From: Bugula neritina
Lineage: Eukaryota > Animalia > Bryozoa
Direction: 5' to 3'
Length of the DNA: 64,000 nucleotides
NCBI GenBank assembly: GCA_964035545.1
Contig: OZ037772.1
Location: 4,964,233 to 5,028,232 of the forward strand
The position numbers and the translations under genes are program-made. Under the pieces are notes generated by a model, which was not told the DNA's origin, searched no databases, and saw nothing but the letters and a program-made list of their open reading frames with translations. Positions 27,090 through 40,014 of this stretch are shown one piece after another (the stretch's first letter is position 1; each line of letters starts with the position of its first letter).

Positions 27090-27299
27090 CTGTAGTGAAT
27101 TTCTCAATTCACTATAATGTGTGGGTTTGCTTATGTAAAGCTACTTCACCAGGTTTTACAATGATATGAGTTGATTAGCTACGAATCATACAACAAGTAA
27201 AACTACTACACTAAATTAAACGATTACATAACACAGAGCAATCAACACACTACTACTCAATAACAAGTCCCAAGCTGCTCTCCTGGCTAACTACTCCAA

Positions 27300-28061
27300 C
27301 ACAGAATAGTTAAGGGCAACCTTTTAGCTGCAACTGCCTTGCTGAGGTTTGCATTGTAATCATATAAGAATTCAGTACCAGTAAAATAAAATCTCACCTA
27401 ATTGTGCTAGAGTCAAAATTTAAAAACTATGTTGTAGATCTTCTTTTTCCCCAGTGCAACTCTTTTGGAAATTTCAATTTTCATTTTTCTTGCAAAGTTA
27501 TAGACAAAAAACTGCCCAATTTTGCCAGAAAAGCTGACTTTTCAGTACCGGTAAAATATCTCAGCAGCAAAAGATGATATCTGAATAAAAATTGCACTGC
27601 TAGAATCCTGAGATATTTCTCCAGTGCAACTTTTTTTCATTTTCCAATAACTCTGCTAGATTGCCCATAAATTGGTGATTTATACACTGAAAATGCCATA
27701 TTTTTTCATAAGAAACTAGCAGCGCGCAGTGGTTCACGCTTCAATGAGCACTTAGGGATGAGAAGATATTGGCGCATACATGCTAATTATAGGCTTGCTA
27801 GCTGGCAGGCTATTATGAATAGCTCGCTTTGTACTTTGTTTATGTAGCGCCCATAATGGAATGTTGATAGATAACGCAGCCCTAATGAAGGTTGCTGCTC
27901 ATCACAAGATAGTTAAGGGCATCCTCACTAAAAATATCATAAATTTCTATCAAAATGTAGTTTAGGTTCTTGAATAATACTACTCTGCGGGTGGCATGCG
28001 TGTTGCCTACTTGCAATTGCTTAGCCTAAGATCAAACTACAGCCAATCACAGGATAGTTAA
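27300..28061 (-). mobile_element. CAC-TIR element copy 3 with inverted terminal segment (27903-28047) and extra TIR stub (28048-28061)
   Basis: Three TIR starts: CACAGAATAG 27300, CACAAGATAG 27903, CACAGGATAG 28048. Confidence 0.85.
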
Positions 28062-28806
28062 TCTAGGATTTTGCATGCCTGCCTTTTTCTAGACTTGCCG
28101 TATACTTTCTCAAAATGTCTCAAATCTATTATGGACAAAGTCTTGCTATAATTATTAGATAAAATAAGCAAATAAATATACACTAATGAAGACATGCTAT
28201 GTATAATATTCATTATAACATATGTTGTTAATTGAATATATTATTTATAAGAAATTTTACAATGTTTTGATTCCCTAATCTTGAAACCAGTAAAAGTTAG
28301 TAAGTTGAGTAGTTATTAGCTTTTTCTTGCAAAATATACAGCTTCTGCTTTATTATGTAGTATCCTGTGGACTAAAGTGAGACATTGATCTGCCAATGTA
28401 ATGTATAATTGATATTTAAATGAGTCATACAGTATTTTTTCATACTATAAGCAGCAATAAACTTTAAAGTTTTAGAAACAATTAATCTGTATTTTGAAGT
28501 AAGAAATAAAAATGGATTATCTTTAAAAACTACCAGTAACAGTAGAAAATATTGTTATATATACTAATAAAATGTAAATTTTATAACTTGTATTCAACTT
28601 AAGGTCGTGAAAAGAAGAACCCATACAGTATCTTTCACATACATATGTGAGATTTATATAATATAATAATGTCTTTTATTCAAACTTCATTTTCCATTCA
28701 ATGAGATTTATATATCAATAAAAAACTTTACAATAGAATTACATTTCCTTTACTTTAGATGATTGTATTACTATATGATGCCTCAACTGATATATGTTTA
28801 CTATAG

Positions 28807-28947
28807 CATGTCTAATCTGAAGAATCTAGAGACTCTTGATATGTCAAGGAATAAGTTCAGTGAAGGATTACCTGATGTGTTCACATCAATGACGTCTCTA
28901 AGAAAGTTGCATATGCAGAACTGTGAACTACCAACTCTACCTGAGAG
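28807..28947 (+). CDS. LRR cassette exon 3 (DMSR / HMQN)
   Basis: 141 bp, tatag / gtttgt. Confidence 0.9.
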
Positions 28948-29771
28948 GTTTGTAAAAGCAACAATTATATGAAATACAAATGAAATATTTCTATGTAAGA
29001 TTTTGCGTGCCCGCCTTTTTCTAGACTTGTCAAATATTTTGTGAAAATTTCTCAAATATTTTAGGTAGAAAATCTTCCTATAATTATTACATATAACAGG
29101 CAAATAAAAAATAAAGTCATCTTATATGTATAATGATTATTATAGCACATGTGGTTAATTAGAATTAATTGGAATATATTGTTTATAAGAAACTTTACAA
29201 TGTTTTGATTTCACATTTTTGAAACCAGTAAAAGTTAGTGAGTTGAGTTTATGAGCTTCTCCTTGAAAAATATACAGCCTACGCTTTATTATGTAATATC
29301 CTGCAGACTATAAAATGAAACTTTGATCTAGCAATATAATCTGCATATAATTCATATAACTTATAATTGATATTTAAGTAAGTCATACAGTCTTTTGTTA
29401 TACTATAAGCAGTAATAATAAACTTTAAAGCTTTAAAGACAATTATTCTGCAATTTAAAGTATGAAACAAAAATGAATTATTTTCAAAAACTACCAGTAA
29501 CTATAGAAAATTTTATTGTATATACAAATAAAACGCAAATTTTATAACTTGTATTCAACTTAAGGTCTTGAAAAGAAGAACTCATGCAGTATGGTTGACG
29601 CACATATGTGAGATTTATATCTAATAATGTCTTTTATTCCAACTTCATTTTCCATTGAATGAAATTTATGTATCAATAGCAAACTTTATGCTAAAATTAC
29701 ATTTCCTTTGCTTTAGATGTTAGTTGGTTGTATTACTATATGATGCTTCAACTGGTATATGTTTACTATAG

Positions 29772-29912
29772 CATGTCTAATCTGAAGAATCTGGAGACTT
29801 TTGATATGTCAGGGAATAACTTCAGTGAAGGATTACCTGATGTATTCACATCAATGACATCTCTTAGAGAGTTGCATATGCAGAACTGTGAACTACCAAA
29901 TCTACCTGGGAG
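29772..29912 (+). CDS. LRR cassette exon 4 (DMSG / HMQN)
   Basis: 141 bp, tatag / gttagt. Confidence 0.9.
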
Positions 29913-30685
29913 GTTAGTAAGAATGCATTAAATAAAATGTTCATTTGTGTGAAGGGTATAGTTCTGCAATAGAAGTACTTATTTTTTTATTAAAATTGTC
30001 TACAGGTTTTAAAGTTCTACAGTTTTACAAACTTTCAGCATTTCATAAGTGAAATATATTAGGTTCACAATAGAATCACAAGTATCAACTGTGTTACATA
30101 CTTCCCATTGAAAGTGAACCACCGGCTTGCCATGCAGCTGACGCACTAACCATTATACTACAAGGGTAACCCTAACACTCCATGCAACCAGTTATTCTAA
30201 ACTCTGCTGGTCCCCTTACTAGTCATTCAGTTTAGGTTTCCCGGGCCTCTCAACTCTCTTGGTGCACTACAAAAATGCTATACTAAACGTGAAAGAGCTT
30301 GCTAACAATTACACATGGGTCGTTAGGTGATCTCAACACCACACCAAGCTGTTCAAATGTGCATTCAGCTCCCTGCTACCATAAAGCTATTCACCTGCAC
30401 TAACCGTCATGATGTAAGAACTTCAATTACAGGAGGTTCTAATTTTACATGCCTCTCCTTTCAAACGGAAGGATATCACAATTACTAGACATCAAATTTT
30501 TATAAGCGCATTACAGAGATTACTTGATTAGCATGTGAATAAAATCCTAGTTGTATATATTATTTGCTTCACTTGGTCTAATACATGAGCTGCACACTTG
30601 TATGACACAGTAGATGTGCACAGCCATAATCTACTGCAATATTACTATAAATGATGTTTATATTACTATATTATGTTTACTATAG

Positions 30686-30826
30686 CATGTCTAATCTGGA
30701 GAATCTGGAGACTCTTGATATGTCAGAGAATAACTTCAGTGATGGATTACCTAATGTATTCACATCAATGACATATCTAAGAGAGTTGCATGTGAAGAAT
30801 TGTAAACTAGAAACTCTACCTGAGAG
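30686..30826 (+). CDS. LRR cassette exon 5 (DMSE / HVKN)
   Basis: 141 bp, tatag / gtttgt. Confidence 0.9.
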
Positions 30827-31470
30827 GTTTGTGAAAGCAACTCAATATGAAATACAAATAAACTATTTTATCTGTAGTATTATGACATATGATTCTAGAA
30901 TATATAAAAGATGTTACAATACTTTAATTTCCTATATTTCTTAACGCTTGAAGTTAGTAAAAGTTGATGAGTTAAGTTCAGTATAAAGTTTTCTTCAAAA
31001 AAAAGATGTACAGTTTAAACTCTATTATATAATATACCTGCAGACTAAAACTAGCCATTGATCTGACAACATAACATATAATTGATATCTAAATTATACA
31101 GCCTTCTATTAAACACAATAAAAATTGTTAATTTGACAATCTTTAAATCTTAAAGTATAACAAAAACAAATTATTTTAGCAAATCACCTGTATTTATCAA
31201 AAAGAAATTATTTTATATGTGGATGATCTTTTAGTTGTACATTTGATGCTTTACTCAGATTTTAACAAAAAACTCATGCTGCAGTACATGTTTCACATGC
31301 ATAATTATGTAATATCTACTGTTTATCTATTAATGTATTTTATTTGAACTTCATTTTTCATCAAATAAAATTTGTATGTCAATCGGCAATTTTATGCTAG
31401 CATTACATTGCTTTAGCGTAAGATGATTGTATTACTATATGATGCCTCAACTGGTATATGTTTACTATAG

Positions 31471-31611
31471 CATGTCTAATCTGAAGAATCTGGAGATTCT
31501 TTATATGCTAGGGAATAAGTTCAGTGAAGGATTACCTGATGTATTCACATCAATGACATCTCTAAGAAAGTTGGATATTGAGGACTGTGGACTACCAACT
31601 CTAGCTGAGAG
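31471..31611 (+). CDS. LRR cassette exon 6 (YMLG / DIED)
   Basis: 141 bp, tatag / gttagt. Confidence 0.9.
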
Positions 31612-32570
31612 GTTAGTAAAAGCAACTCAATATGAAACCCAAATAAAATGCTTTTATCTATTGTATACGACATCTAGGATTTGCCAGCAGTTCTTTAGAC
31701 TTAAATTTTTTGCTTGTAAATAATTTCTGAAATTTTTTCAAACCTGTTAAATTAGTCTTGCTTTATTCTATATAATATGCAAACAAATACTAGCCAATGA
31801 AAAGGTTCTATGTAATATCATGACATGTGGTTATAGATTATATAAGACATGTTACAACATTTTAGTTCCCTATATTCCTTAACGCTTGAATTACATAAAA
31901 GTTAATGAGTTTAGTTCAGTATATGATTTTTCTCTAAAAGATATACAGCTTACGCTCTATTATACAATATACAATATACATACCTGCAGACTAAAACTAG
32001 CCATTGATCTGACAACATACTGTATAATTGATATGTAAAGTATACAGTCTGTTATTAAATACCACAAAAATATTAAATTTGACAATCTTTAAATTTCTAA
32101 GTATAAAAAAAACCAATTATCTTAACGAATCTACTTTAATTATTGAAAATAAATTATTTTACTATGTGAATAAAATTTTAGTTGTAAATTTTATGCTTTA
32201 CATGGTTTTGAAAAAAAATCATGCTGCAGTACATGTTTCACATGCATATGTAATATATACTGTATATTAATACTAATGTATTTTCTTCCAACTTCGTTTT
32301 TCATGGGATAAAGTTTATATCTCAATCGGCAATTTTCTATTAGAATTACATTACATTACATGCCTGAAATAGTATATGTGCGTTCAGTTCCCTGCTACCA
32401 TAAAGCAATTCACGTGCGCTAACCGTCATGATGTCATAACTTCAATCACAGGAGGCTGTAATCCTACATGCCCCTCCCTTCAAATAGGAGCACATTGCAC
32501 TTAACAGACATCAAATGGAAGTTGTAATTCTACATGCCCCTCCTTTTAAATAGAAGGACATCACAATTAC

Positions 32571-33240
32571 TAGACATAACAAATTATTATAAGCGCATTA
32601 CAGGTAGCCTTCTATGAAATAAAATATTAGAATATATAATATCGTTATTTATGCAGTTATGTGTTACAAGAAAACCTAATCATCATGTTGTTTAGAGAAA
32701 AAACAGGTGTGACGGAGTTATCAACTTGCACTTCGTTCGTTTGTAACTCATAAACATTTATATAGTATATCAGCTGCACACAGTTGTAACTTTTTGACTG
32801 ATAAATTTGCAGAAAGTTGCTTTTTATAAGTCCTCAGATATTTCTGCAAATTAATAGATATCAGATGAAAGCATATCGCACGAAATAGACATCAAATTAT
32901 CATAAGCACATTACAGGTAGCCTTCTGTGAAATAAAATATTAAAATATATATTATCATTAATTATGCAGTTACAAGAAAGCCTAATATTCATGTTGTTCA
33001 AAGTGAAAACAGTTATGCCAGAGTTATCAAATTGAATTTCATTAAATTGTAACACATGAATATTCATATAGTATAATGGCTGTACACAGTTGTAATTTTT
33101 GACTGAGAAATTTAAAGAAAATTGCTTTTTTTGAGTTCGCAGATATTTCTGCAAATTAGACATCAAATGAATATGAACTAAGTATATGCAGCTTTTTATG
33201 AAATAAATTACAAAAAAAATATTATCGTTATTATCATGGT
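32571..33240. repeat. Local ~315-bp tandem duplication
   Basis: tagacat..aaattat.ataagc.cattacaggtagccttct starts at 32571 and again at 32886. Confidence 0.75.
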
Positions 33241-33244
33241 AGGT

Positions 33245-33570
33245 CAGGTCAGGTAGAATGCCTGCTACCGGATAACCATGAAAGTTGAAGTTGAAAAGGA
33301 TTTGGACAAAAATATAGAGTGTTGGGATGAAAATAATAATGACGTAGAGCAAATGTGGAAAATATGGAAGAAAACAGTGTTTCCAACTGCTAGTGAAGTG
33401 GTTGGGAAGCAAGGACGTAAACATCCGGATTGGTTGATTGAGAAGAGAAACAAGGCAAGACAAGCTTTCTTCTAGTGTATTACTAAATTGAGAAGAAAGA
33501 TTAGCTCAAAAGTGCAGAGCGGTTTTCAGAGATATACCGGAGAAATGAAAAAGAAACGGTGGAATAATTC
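33245..33570 (+). mobile_element. Short LINE (RTE-like) ORF2 fragment
   Basis: DVEQMWKIWKKTV...ASEVVGKQGRKHPDW resembles the linker between endonuclease and RT in RTE-type elements; A/G-rich island absent from paralogous introns. Confidence 0.55.
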
Positions 33571-34018
33571 TTGCTATATTGCGTATAATATGCAAATAAA
33601 TACAAGCCAATAAAAAGATTATATGTAGTATTATGACATATGATTCTAGAATATATAAAAAATGTTACAATACTTCAATTTCCTATATTCCTTAACGCTC
33701 GAATTAAGTAAAAGTTGATGAGTTAAGTTCAGTATATAGTTTTTCTTAGAGGATATACAGCTTTAGCTCTATCATATCATAATATACCTGCAGACTAAAA
33801 CTAGCCATTGATCTGACAACATAACGTATAATTGATAACTGAATTATACAGTTTTTTATTATATACAACTCAATACAGCTCGAGCTTCAATATGTAATAT
33901 CCTGCAGACTGAAATCAATTCTGTTGAGTTAGTGATATATAATGCTAAAGTAATTATTTTGTATTATGTATCTTAAGTATTATATATCTTGTATTATATA
34001 ATTTATGATCTGCTACAG

Positions 34019-34159
34019 TATGTCTAACCTGAAGAATCTGGAGACTCTTGATATGTCAAAAAATAACTTCAGTAAGGGTTTATCTGATGTATTCACATCA
34101 ATGACATCTCTAAGAGAGTTGAATATGTGGTACTGTACACTACAAACTTTACCTGCGAG
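34019..34159 (+). CDS. LRR cassette exon 7 (DMSK / NMWY)
   Basis: 141 bp, tacag acceptor, weak donor gttttt. Confidence 0.8.
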
Positions 34160-34903
34160 GTTTTTAAAAGCAACAATCATAGGGAATACATATAAAATGT
34201 TTTTATCTATAGTACACAACATCTAGAATTTGCCTGCAGTTCGTTATAATTAAATTATTTGCTGCCAAATAATTTCTGAAAATGTTTCAAATCTTTTCCA
34301 ACTAATTATTCTAAAATTATTAAGCTGCACCATCAACATTAATTACAAAAACCTTCAGGCTATTCAGTTGAAAACTGAAAGTTTAAAGTGAGCTCTTTTG
34401 TTTATACACTTAAAAGGCTGTATATGGTCCATTGCGATAGCGCAAGGGTTACTGATTTGTGGTTAAATGTGGTTAAATAATTATTATAACGTGTGGTTTA
34501 ATGGAAAATATATGTAAGAAGCTGTACAATATTTTAATTTAAAAAGCTTGGAATGAGTAAAAGTTAGCAAGTTGAGTTTCTTGGCTTTTTGAAAAATAAG
34601 AAGCTCAAGCTTCAATATGTAACATCCTGCAGACTAAAATGAGACTTTGATCTGGCAATATAATGTATAATTCATATTTAAGTAAGTCATACAGTATTTT
34701 GTTATACTATAAGCTGTAATAAACTTAAAAGTTTTAGAAACAATTAATCTGCATTTTGAAGTATGAAACAAAAATGAATAATTTTTAAAAAATACCAGTA
34801 ATGATAGAAAACATTATATACTAATGAAATGTAAACTTTATAGCTTGTATTCAGCTTAAGGTCTCTCAAAGAAGATGTCATGCAGCATATTTCACACACA
34901 TAT

Positions 34904-37400
34904 GGGTCATTCCACGCCAACTCAACAAGGTTTTTGAGGATTTTCACTGACACGTCTCAGATTTTTTCGAGACTTTAGTATGGTATTTCAAAATATGTCC
35001 ATTAAAAAAACATCAAATATTAGCCCTCAATTCCTAATAGTTTTGTAGTTATGGCACTTTTTGTGAGCAAAGATTGGTAAAAAATCGGTACTTTTTTATG
35101 GGTTTCGGTACCGAAGGTCAACTTCATGGGTTTATATCTCGGAGACGATTCAAGACAAGCTTTGGCAGTTTTTCAAAATTTTCAATTTTCAGGCACTTAA
35201 AACTCACCTTTTACAAATAGGTATGACCTTGATATTTCCAGCACCTAACAACTATATTATATATATTACAATAAAAAAGTTTCAGCTTTTTACTGGCATA
35301 GGTTTCATCAGAATTGTGTGTTGAAATCCAAAAATTTTTAGAATTATATGCTATTTCATCAGGAGAAAACTCAATGTGGGTATAAATGAATTTTTTTAAA
35401 AATGATTTCATTTTAAAGATGTTGGTATATATTATGTTATATTAAAAACTGAACGTTTGTATATCGTTCCTTCATAGGAAAATTTTGGATTAAATTGACG
35501 CATTATTTTCGATTTTCGCCTATGTTTAAAACTACACTCTATACAGTTACTAAACATGTAAAAAGTCATAAAAAATACCAAAATTGTTTACATATTACCT
35601 GCAATAATTTTCATAACATTTAAATTTAATTTGGATATCAGTAATCTTTATCCTTCATAAAATTGATTAAACTAGGTTCATTTTAGTTAAAACCGATAAG
35701 CTGTTAGAATTTAAAAGCACAATAGATTTAAATCTAATAAATGAGAAATTTTTTTTTTATAAATACCATTTATAATTGAATGGCATATTTATGAAAGTTT
35801 GCACAAATCTTTTACATAAAGCCTGAATAATATCCATGAGAGGAAGGTTGCATCGTATGCCTGTAGGTAGTGCTTCTTTCCATTGAATGTAATCGGTTTC
35901 TTAACATAACAGAGTACACATTGTTTTGGTGCCCAGCCTTTATCCTCCAGGGAAGGCCAGTGAAATGAGTGGGTAAGTCCATAGAAGTGCATACAATTAA
36001 TGAGCATTCATTTTCTTCCCAAAATTTGGTTAGGACACAACCTACTCACCAGTTATAATACGTGCATCTGTTGAAATATTCTACTTTTAGGCGAACAAAT
36101 TTTACCATGTTTGCATAAAGTTCACCTTAGGAGAAAACAGCAGTTTGTATTGTTGTATCATTTGCTGATATTTTCTTGGCAGTCAGTTCTTTGCTAACTG
36201 TAAGGGTAAAAAAATGATATTCACAGGTACCAGGCACGGCCTTTGCAAGTGAGAAGCGAGAATATTCTGAGATACGGGAATTATTAGTGATAGAGAAAAA
36301 AAGTCACATTTTTATATGTGGGATGAGCCCCACTGAAACAAGTCTTGGGAATTTAACAAATGTCTGGGAGTTGCTGCTTGCAAAAAATCTGCTAGCAGCT
36401 TTTCTTTTAATCGGTCCACCTACACCATCACAGGCATTTATGTCATGACTGGTTGAAAAAGAGTTCCACTAAGCATGAAATCTAAAATCATCTTCTTGAG
36501 ACACGAAATTCGCATTTTTTTTAAATTCTTATATTGGGCAGCTAGCTGCTCCGTCAGAGAAATAATAAATTTTCTTCAAGTGGGGGACATTTTCTTCACA
36601 AGATTCACGACTGTTTTCTAAAACATCCTGATAGGAACATATGTAATGTTGCAAACAGTCACCTATCATACACATGCAGTAATTAGGTTTAATCTCTCAA
36701 TCTTCGATAGGATATGTCACAAAGGGATTTACGGCAGGTTAGGAATTTTACCAAAGAAACCACTGCACCGCATTGTAACATTTAGTCCTTCGAAACAAAG
36801 AATTTTCAGGCTATAGCATTTGTGATGGCTGCTGTCATTTTTGGTCTCTTGGGGGTCATCCAAAATTTTTACTTTTTGATGTGGATGAATAGAGTAGGAC
36901 TTTGTGATCACATTGCACTTTAAATTTTTAAAATCAGTCAAATAGAACTAGAAATATGCCTGGTTATACACACAGCGGTCCACAACAAACGACTTTTATT
37001 ATTGCGAGTAACTAACAGTCAAAGTTCGGCGACTCATAATTGTACTAAATTCGTTGTTTATCTACCTAGCAACAGTGTCTTCAATCAGCTCCATCGGCCC
37101 AAAAGTTAGTTAACAGGGGTGGTTTTTTATGCTGATCATGAAAATATTAATTTAAAGTTCATATCTGCAATATCCTAATCAACATTTCAGAGTTGAGTTC
37201 AGTATAATGACAACATTTTGATGATTATCCTGAAAGATTAATACTATAATGCCACGTGGTTTCATAACAAAATCAAACTCTTTTGTATCACTGTTGTCAC
37301 TAAGTTCATCATTACTATTATCACCACTACTCTTCAGTCCTTGTCCTTAATTTTCAATGTAGAAACATTATTTTAAGTTGTCAATATCTGTTATCTATTA
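34904..37400 (-). mobile_element. Sola2-like DNA transposon remnant
   Basis: Terminus GGGTCATTCC after ATAT in the host intron module. Minus-strand transposase relics IYYFSDGAA(S)..QYKN, WNSFSTSHDINACDGVGGPIKR and HSFHWP..D.GW at 35790-36720. Right boundary not found; superfamily assigned from recalled motifs. Confidence 0.65.
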
Positions 37401-37966
37401 ACTTGCAGCGCGATCCAGTCGCCATGTTTATTATTAGTAACAATTCCCAGTCAAATTATACTTGACTACGTTGCACGCTACACTATGCCGCTATTTTAAC
37501 TGTTGTTAAAGGTCGCGCTATTATGCTCTAATCACGTGACCAGCTTGCCAACCATGGAATGGCTCATTAAAACACCAATCATTCCTAAACCATAGCAGAT
37601 ATCACAAAACCGATTGGACAGCTAGAAAGAGCACATGTTAATTGACTATTACACACTAAAAGCTAAAATTGACCTATTTATGAGAACTATAGATAAAACC
37701 CCTTATAACTAACAATAGCGAATAATGCCAAGAGACCAAAACTGACGGGAGCCATCACATTTTATATCTATAGACCTAAATATGTAAATAGCAATATTTA
37801 TGTAAGATTTTCTGTTTTATCAAGAAATTGAAGTTTTTTTTCTAATTTACTTTATACATAGTTAAAGAAACAATTGCTAAAGCCTGCATATCTCTTTCAC
37901 GCCACCCTTCACTCACTCACCCACACCCTCATCCACCCATCATCTCTTACCTTCTTTCTGTAAAAC

Positions 37967-38338
37967 ACCACACGCACACGCACACGCACACGCACACGCA
38001 CACGCACACACACACACACATACACACACACACCCACACTGTAAGAAACCTGCTCTCTCAGTTTAGCTGGCTTGCTAATGATAAAATACATTTTGTCAGT
38101 ATGCTTCATGAAGGTATCTCTACTTGATAAATTTACAGGTTGGAGCGGGTGGTGATTGTTTGGTAAAGGAATATATATACATATATATATACATATATAT
38201 GTATAAATATATATATAAATAAATATATACATATGATGTGATATATGATATGATATAACGTGGTATATGATATAATATGATATAATGTGATATATGGTAT
38301 GATATGATGTGTAAACTGGTATATATATATATATATAA
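37967..38338. repeat. (CA)/(CACACG)n and (TA)-rich microsatellites
   Basis: 37967-38038 CA-rich; 38170-38338 TA/TGATA-rich. Confidence 0.9.
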
Positions 38339-38340
38339 AT

Positions 38341-39771
38341 TGGTTTGAAAACATCAAGAACAAAAGCAGTAAGTCGTTTATTACTTTTGATATATGCAAT
38401 TTCTACCCATCAATAACCGAAGACCTCCTTTACAAAGCCCTTTCCTTTGCGTCACACTTTACCAACATACCAACTGAACACCAGGAAATAATTTTACACT
38501 CTAAAAAGTCCATCCTTATCTCCAATGGTGAACAATGGACAAAAAAACACGACAGTAATTTTGATGTCACTATGGGAAGCTATGACGGCGCCGAAACCTG
38601 CCAACTAATTGCAATATACTTGCTTAATCTATTAACTACTGAAATGAACATAGAATGTAATTTAGGCCTGTCTAGAGATGATGGATTCATAGTTTGTGAA
38701 GGAACACCTAGACATACAGAACAGAACAAAAAACAAATTTGCATTTTTTTTAGAAAATTTAATCTTTCAATCACAATAGAAGCCAATAAGAAAGTTGTAA
38801 ACTTCCTAGATGTAACATTTAACTTGACTAACCAATCCTATAAACCCCATACAAAACCTGGAAACACTATCCTCTATGTTCATAAACAAAGTGACCACCC
38901 ACCTGCAGTATTGAAAAACATACCAGAAAATATTAATAAAAGACTTAGCTCACTATCCTCCAATGAAGAAGAGCTTAACACCACCATACAACCGTACCAA
39001 GAAGCACTATCAAACAGCGGATATGACTATAAATTAAAATATAACCCGACACCCAAATCCAACAACAATAATAGAAATAGAAATAGAAACATTTTGTGGT
39101 ACAACCCACCTTTTAGTTCAACAGTAAAAACCAAAATAGGGAAGAAATTTCTTCAAATCATCATCAAATGCTTTCCACCATTCAACCAACTAAGTAAAAT
39201 TTTCAATAGGAAAACCATAAAAATTAGCTATTCATGCATGCCCAACATGAAAAATATTATTGATGGCTCGAACCATCACAAACTTAAAACCACACACACC
39301 CCCACTACCGCTACTAAACTAAATAACACACAATGTAACTGCAAACAACCTTCCCACTGTCCATTAAATGGTAAATGCTTATACAAAGGCGTAATATACC
39401 AAGCAACTGTAACAAGACATGACAATAATTCCAGCCATTCATACATAGGACTCTGTTCGACTACCTTCAAAACCAGATTCAATAACCACAAAGCCTCTTT
39501 TCTACATGCAGATAAAGCCAACAGCACGCAACTCAGCAGACACATCTGGAATTTAAAAAACAACAACACGAAATTCAGCTTAAAATGGAATATTTTAAAA
39601 AATTGCAAATCATACTCAAACCTAACCAACAGATGTAACTTATGCAACTATGAGAAGTATATGATTTCAAAACAACCGGAATTATCTTCCCTCAACAAAC
39701 GAAAAGAGCTTTCCACCACATGTAGACATAAACGCAAATTTTTACTTGCGCACTTAACAGACGCTAGTTAA
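38341..39771 (+). mobile_element. 5'-truncated Penelope-like element ORF: RT + GIY-YIG endonuclease
   Basis: Open frame from 38341: FDICNFYPSI, FDVTMGSYDGAE, GLSRDDG, NFLDVTF, WYNPPF, CNC..CPLNGKC, GVIYQ..YIG..FKTRFNNH. Flanked by (TA)n on both sides. Confidence 0.93.
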
Positions 39772-39840
39772 AACATTCCAGCGTAGTAATACACTAACAA
39801 TACTAATTTCAAAACAAAATCACTCAAGCGTACACACAAC

Positions 39841-39887
39841 GACCTGATGATCGTAGCTCGCACTACGTGAAACAATATTGTATAGTC
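39841..39887 (+). ncRNA. Minimal hammerhead ribozyme in the Penelope 3' repeat
   Basis: gac-CTGATGA-t-cgtag(ctcgca)ctacg-t-GAAA-caatattg (palindromic stem III)-TA-ta-gtc, followed immediately by AATAAA. Confidence 0.75.
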
Positions 39888-39939
39888 AATAAATGAAGAT
39901 CTAAATTTATTTTTATATCCAAAATTGTATTAGTACCAA

Positions 39940-40012
<73 letters not shown>
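39940..40012. repeat. (TA)n microsatellite
   Basis: Near-perfect TA run. Confidence 0.97.

Positions 40013-40014
<2 letters not shown>

Larger units (their letters stand above)
22656..27299 (-). mobile_element. Ty3/Gypsy retrotransposon 2 (relative of Gypsy-1; more decayed, integrase lost, both LTRs cut by CAC-TIR elements)
   Basis: LTR fragments 22656-22838 and 27091-27299; gag/PR/RT/RNase H remnants 23594-27030 (LLDTG, YLDD, LDIDAS, VARWLEIL); many frameshifts. Confidence 0.92.

Noticed and set aside
30095-30160. Minus-strand tRNA gene (GTAGTATAATGGTTAG...GGTTCA)
   Set aside because: No complete cloverleaf; it is a degenerate relic copied with the X-type intron module.
30606-30644. RSS-like CACAGTA + 23 nt + (A/G)CAATATTA upstream of type-A cassettes (also ~52440, ~55622)
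   Set aside because: The nonamer matches ACAAAAACC at only about 5 of 9 positions in AT-rich DNA. The heptamer faces away from the exon, the motif occurs in only one flank type, there is no 12-spacer partner and no RAG-like gene is visible.
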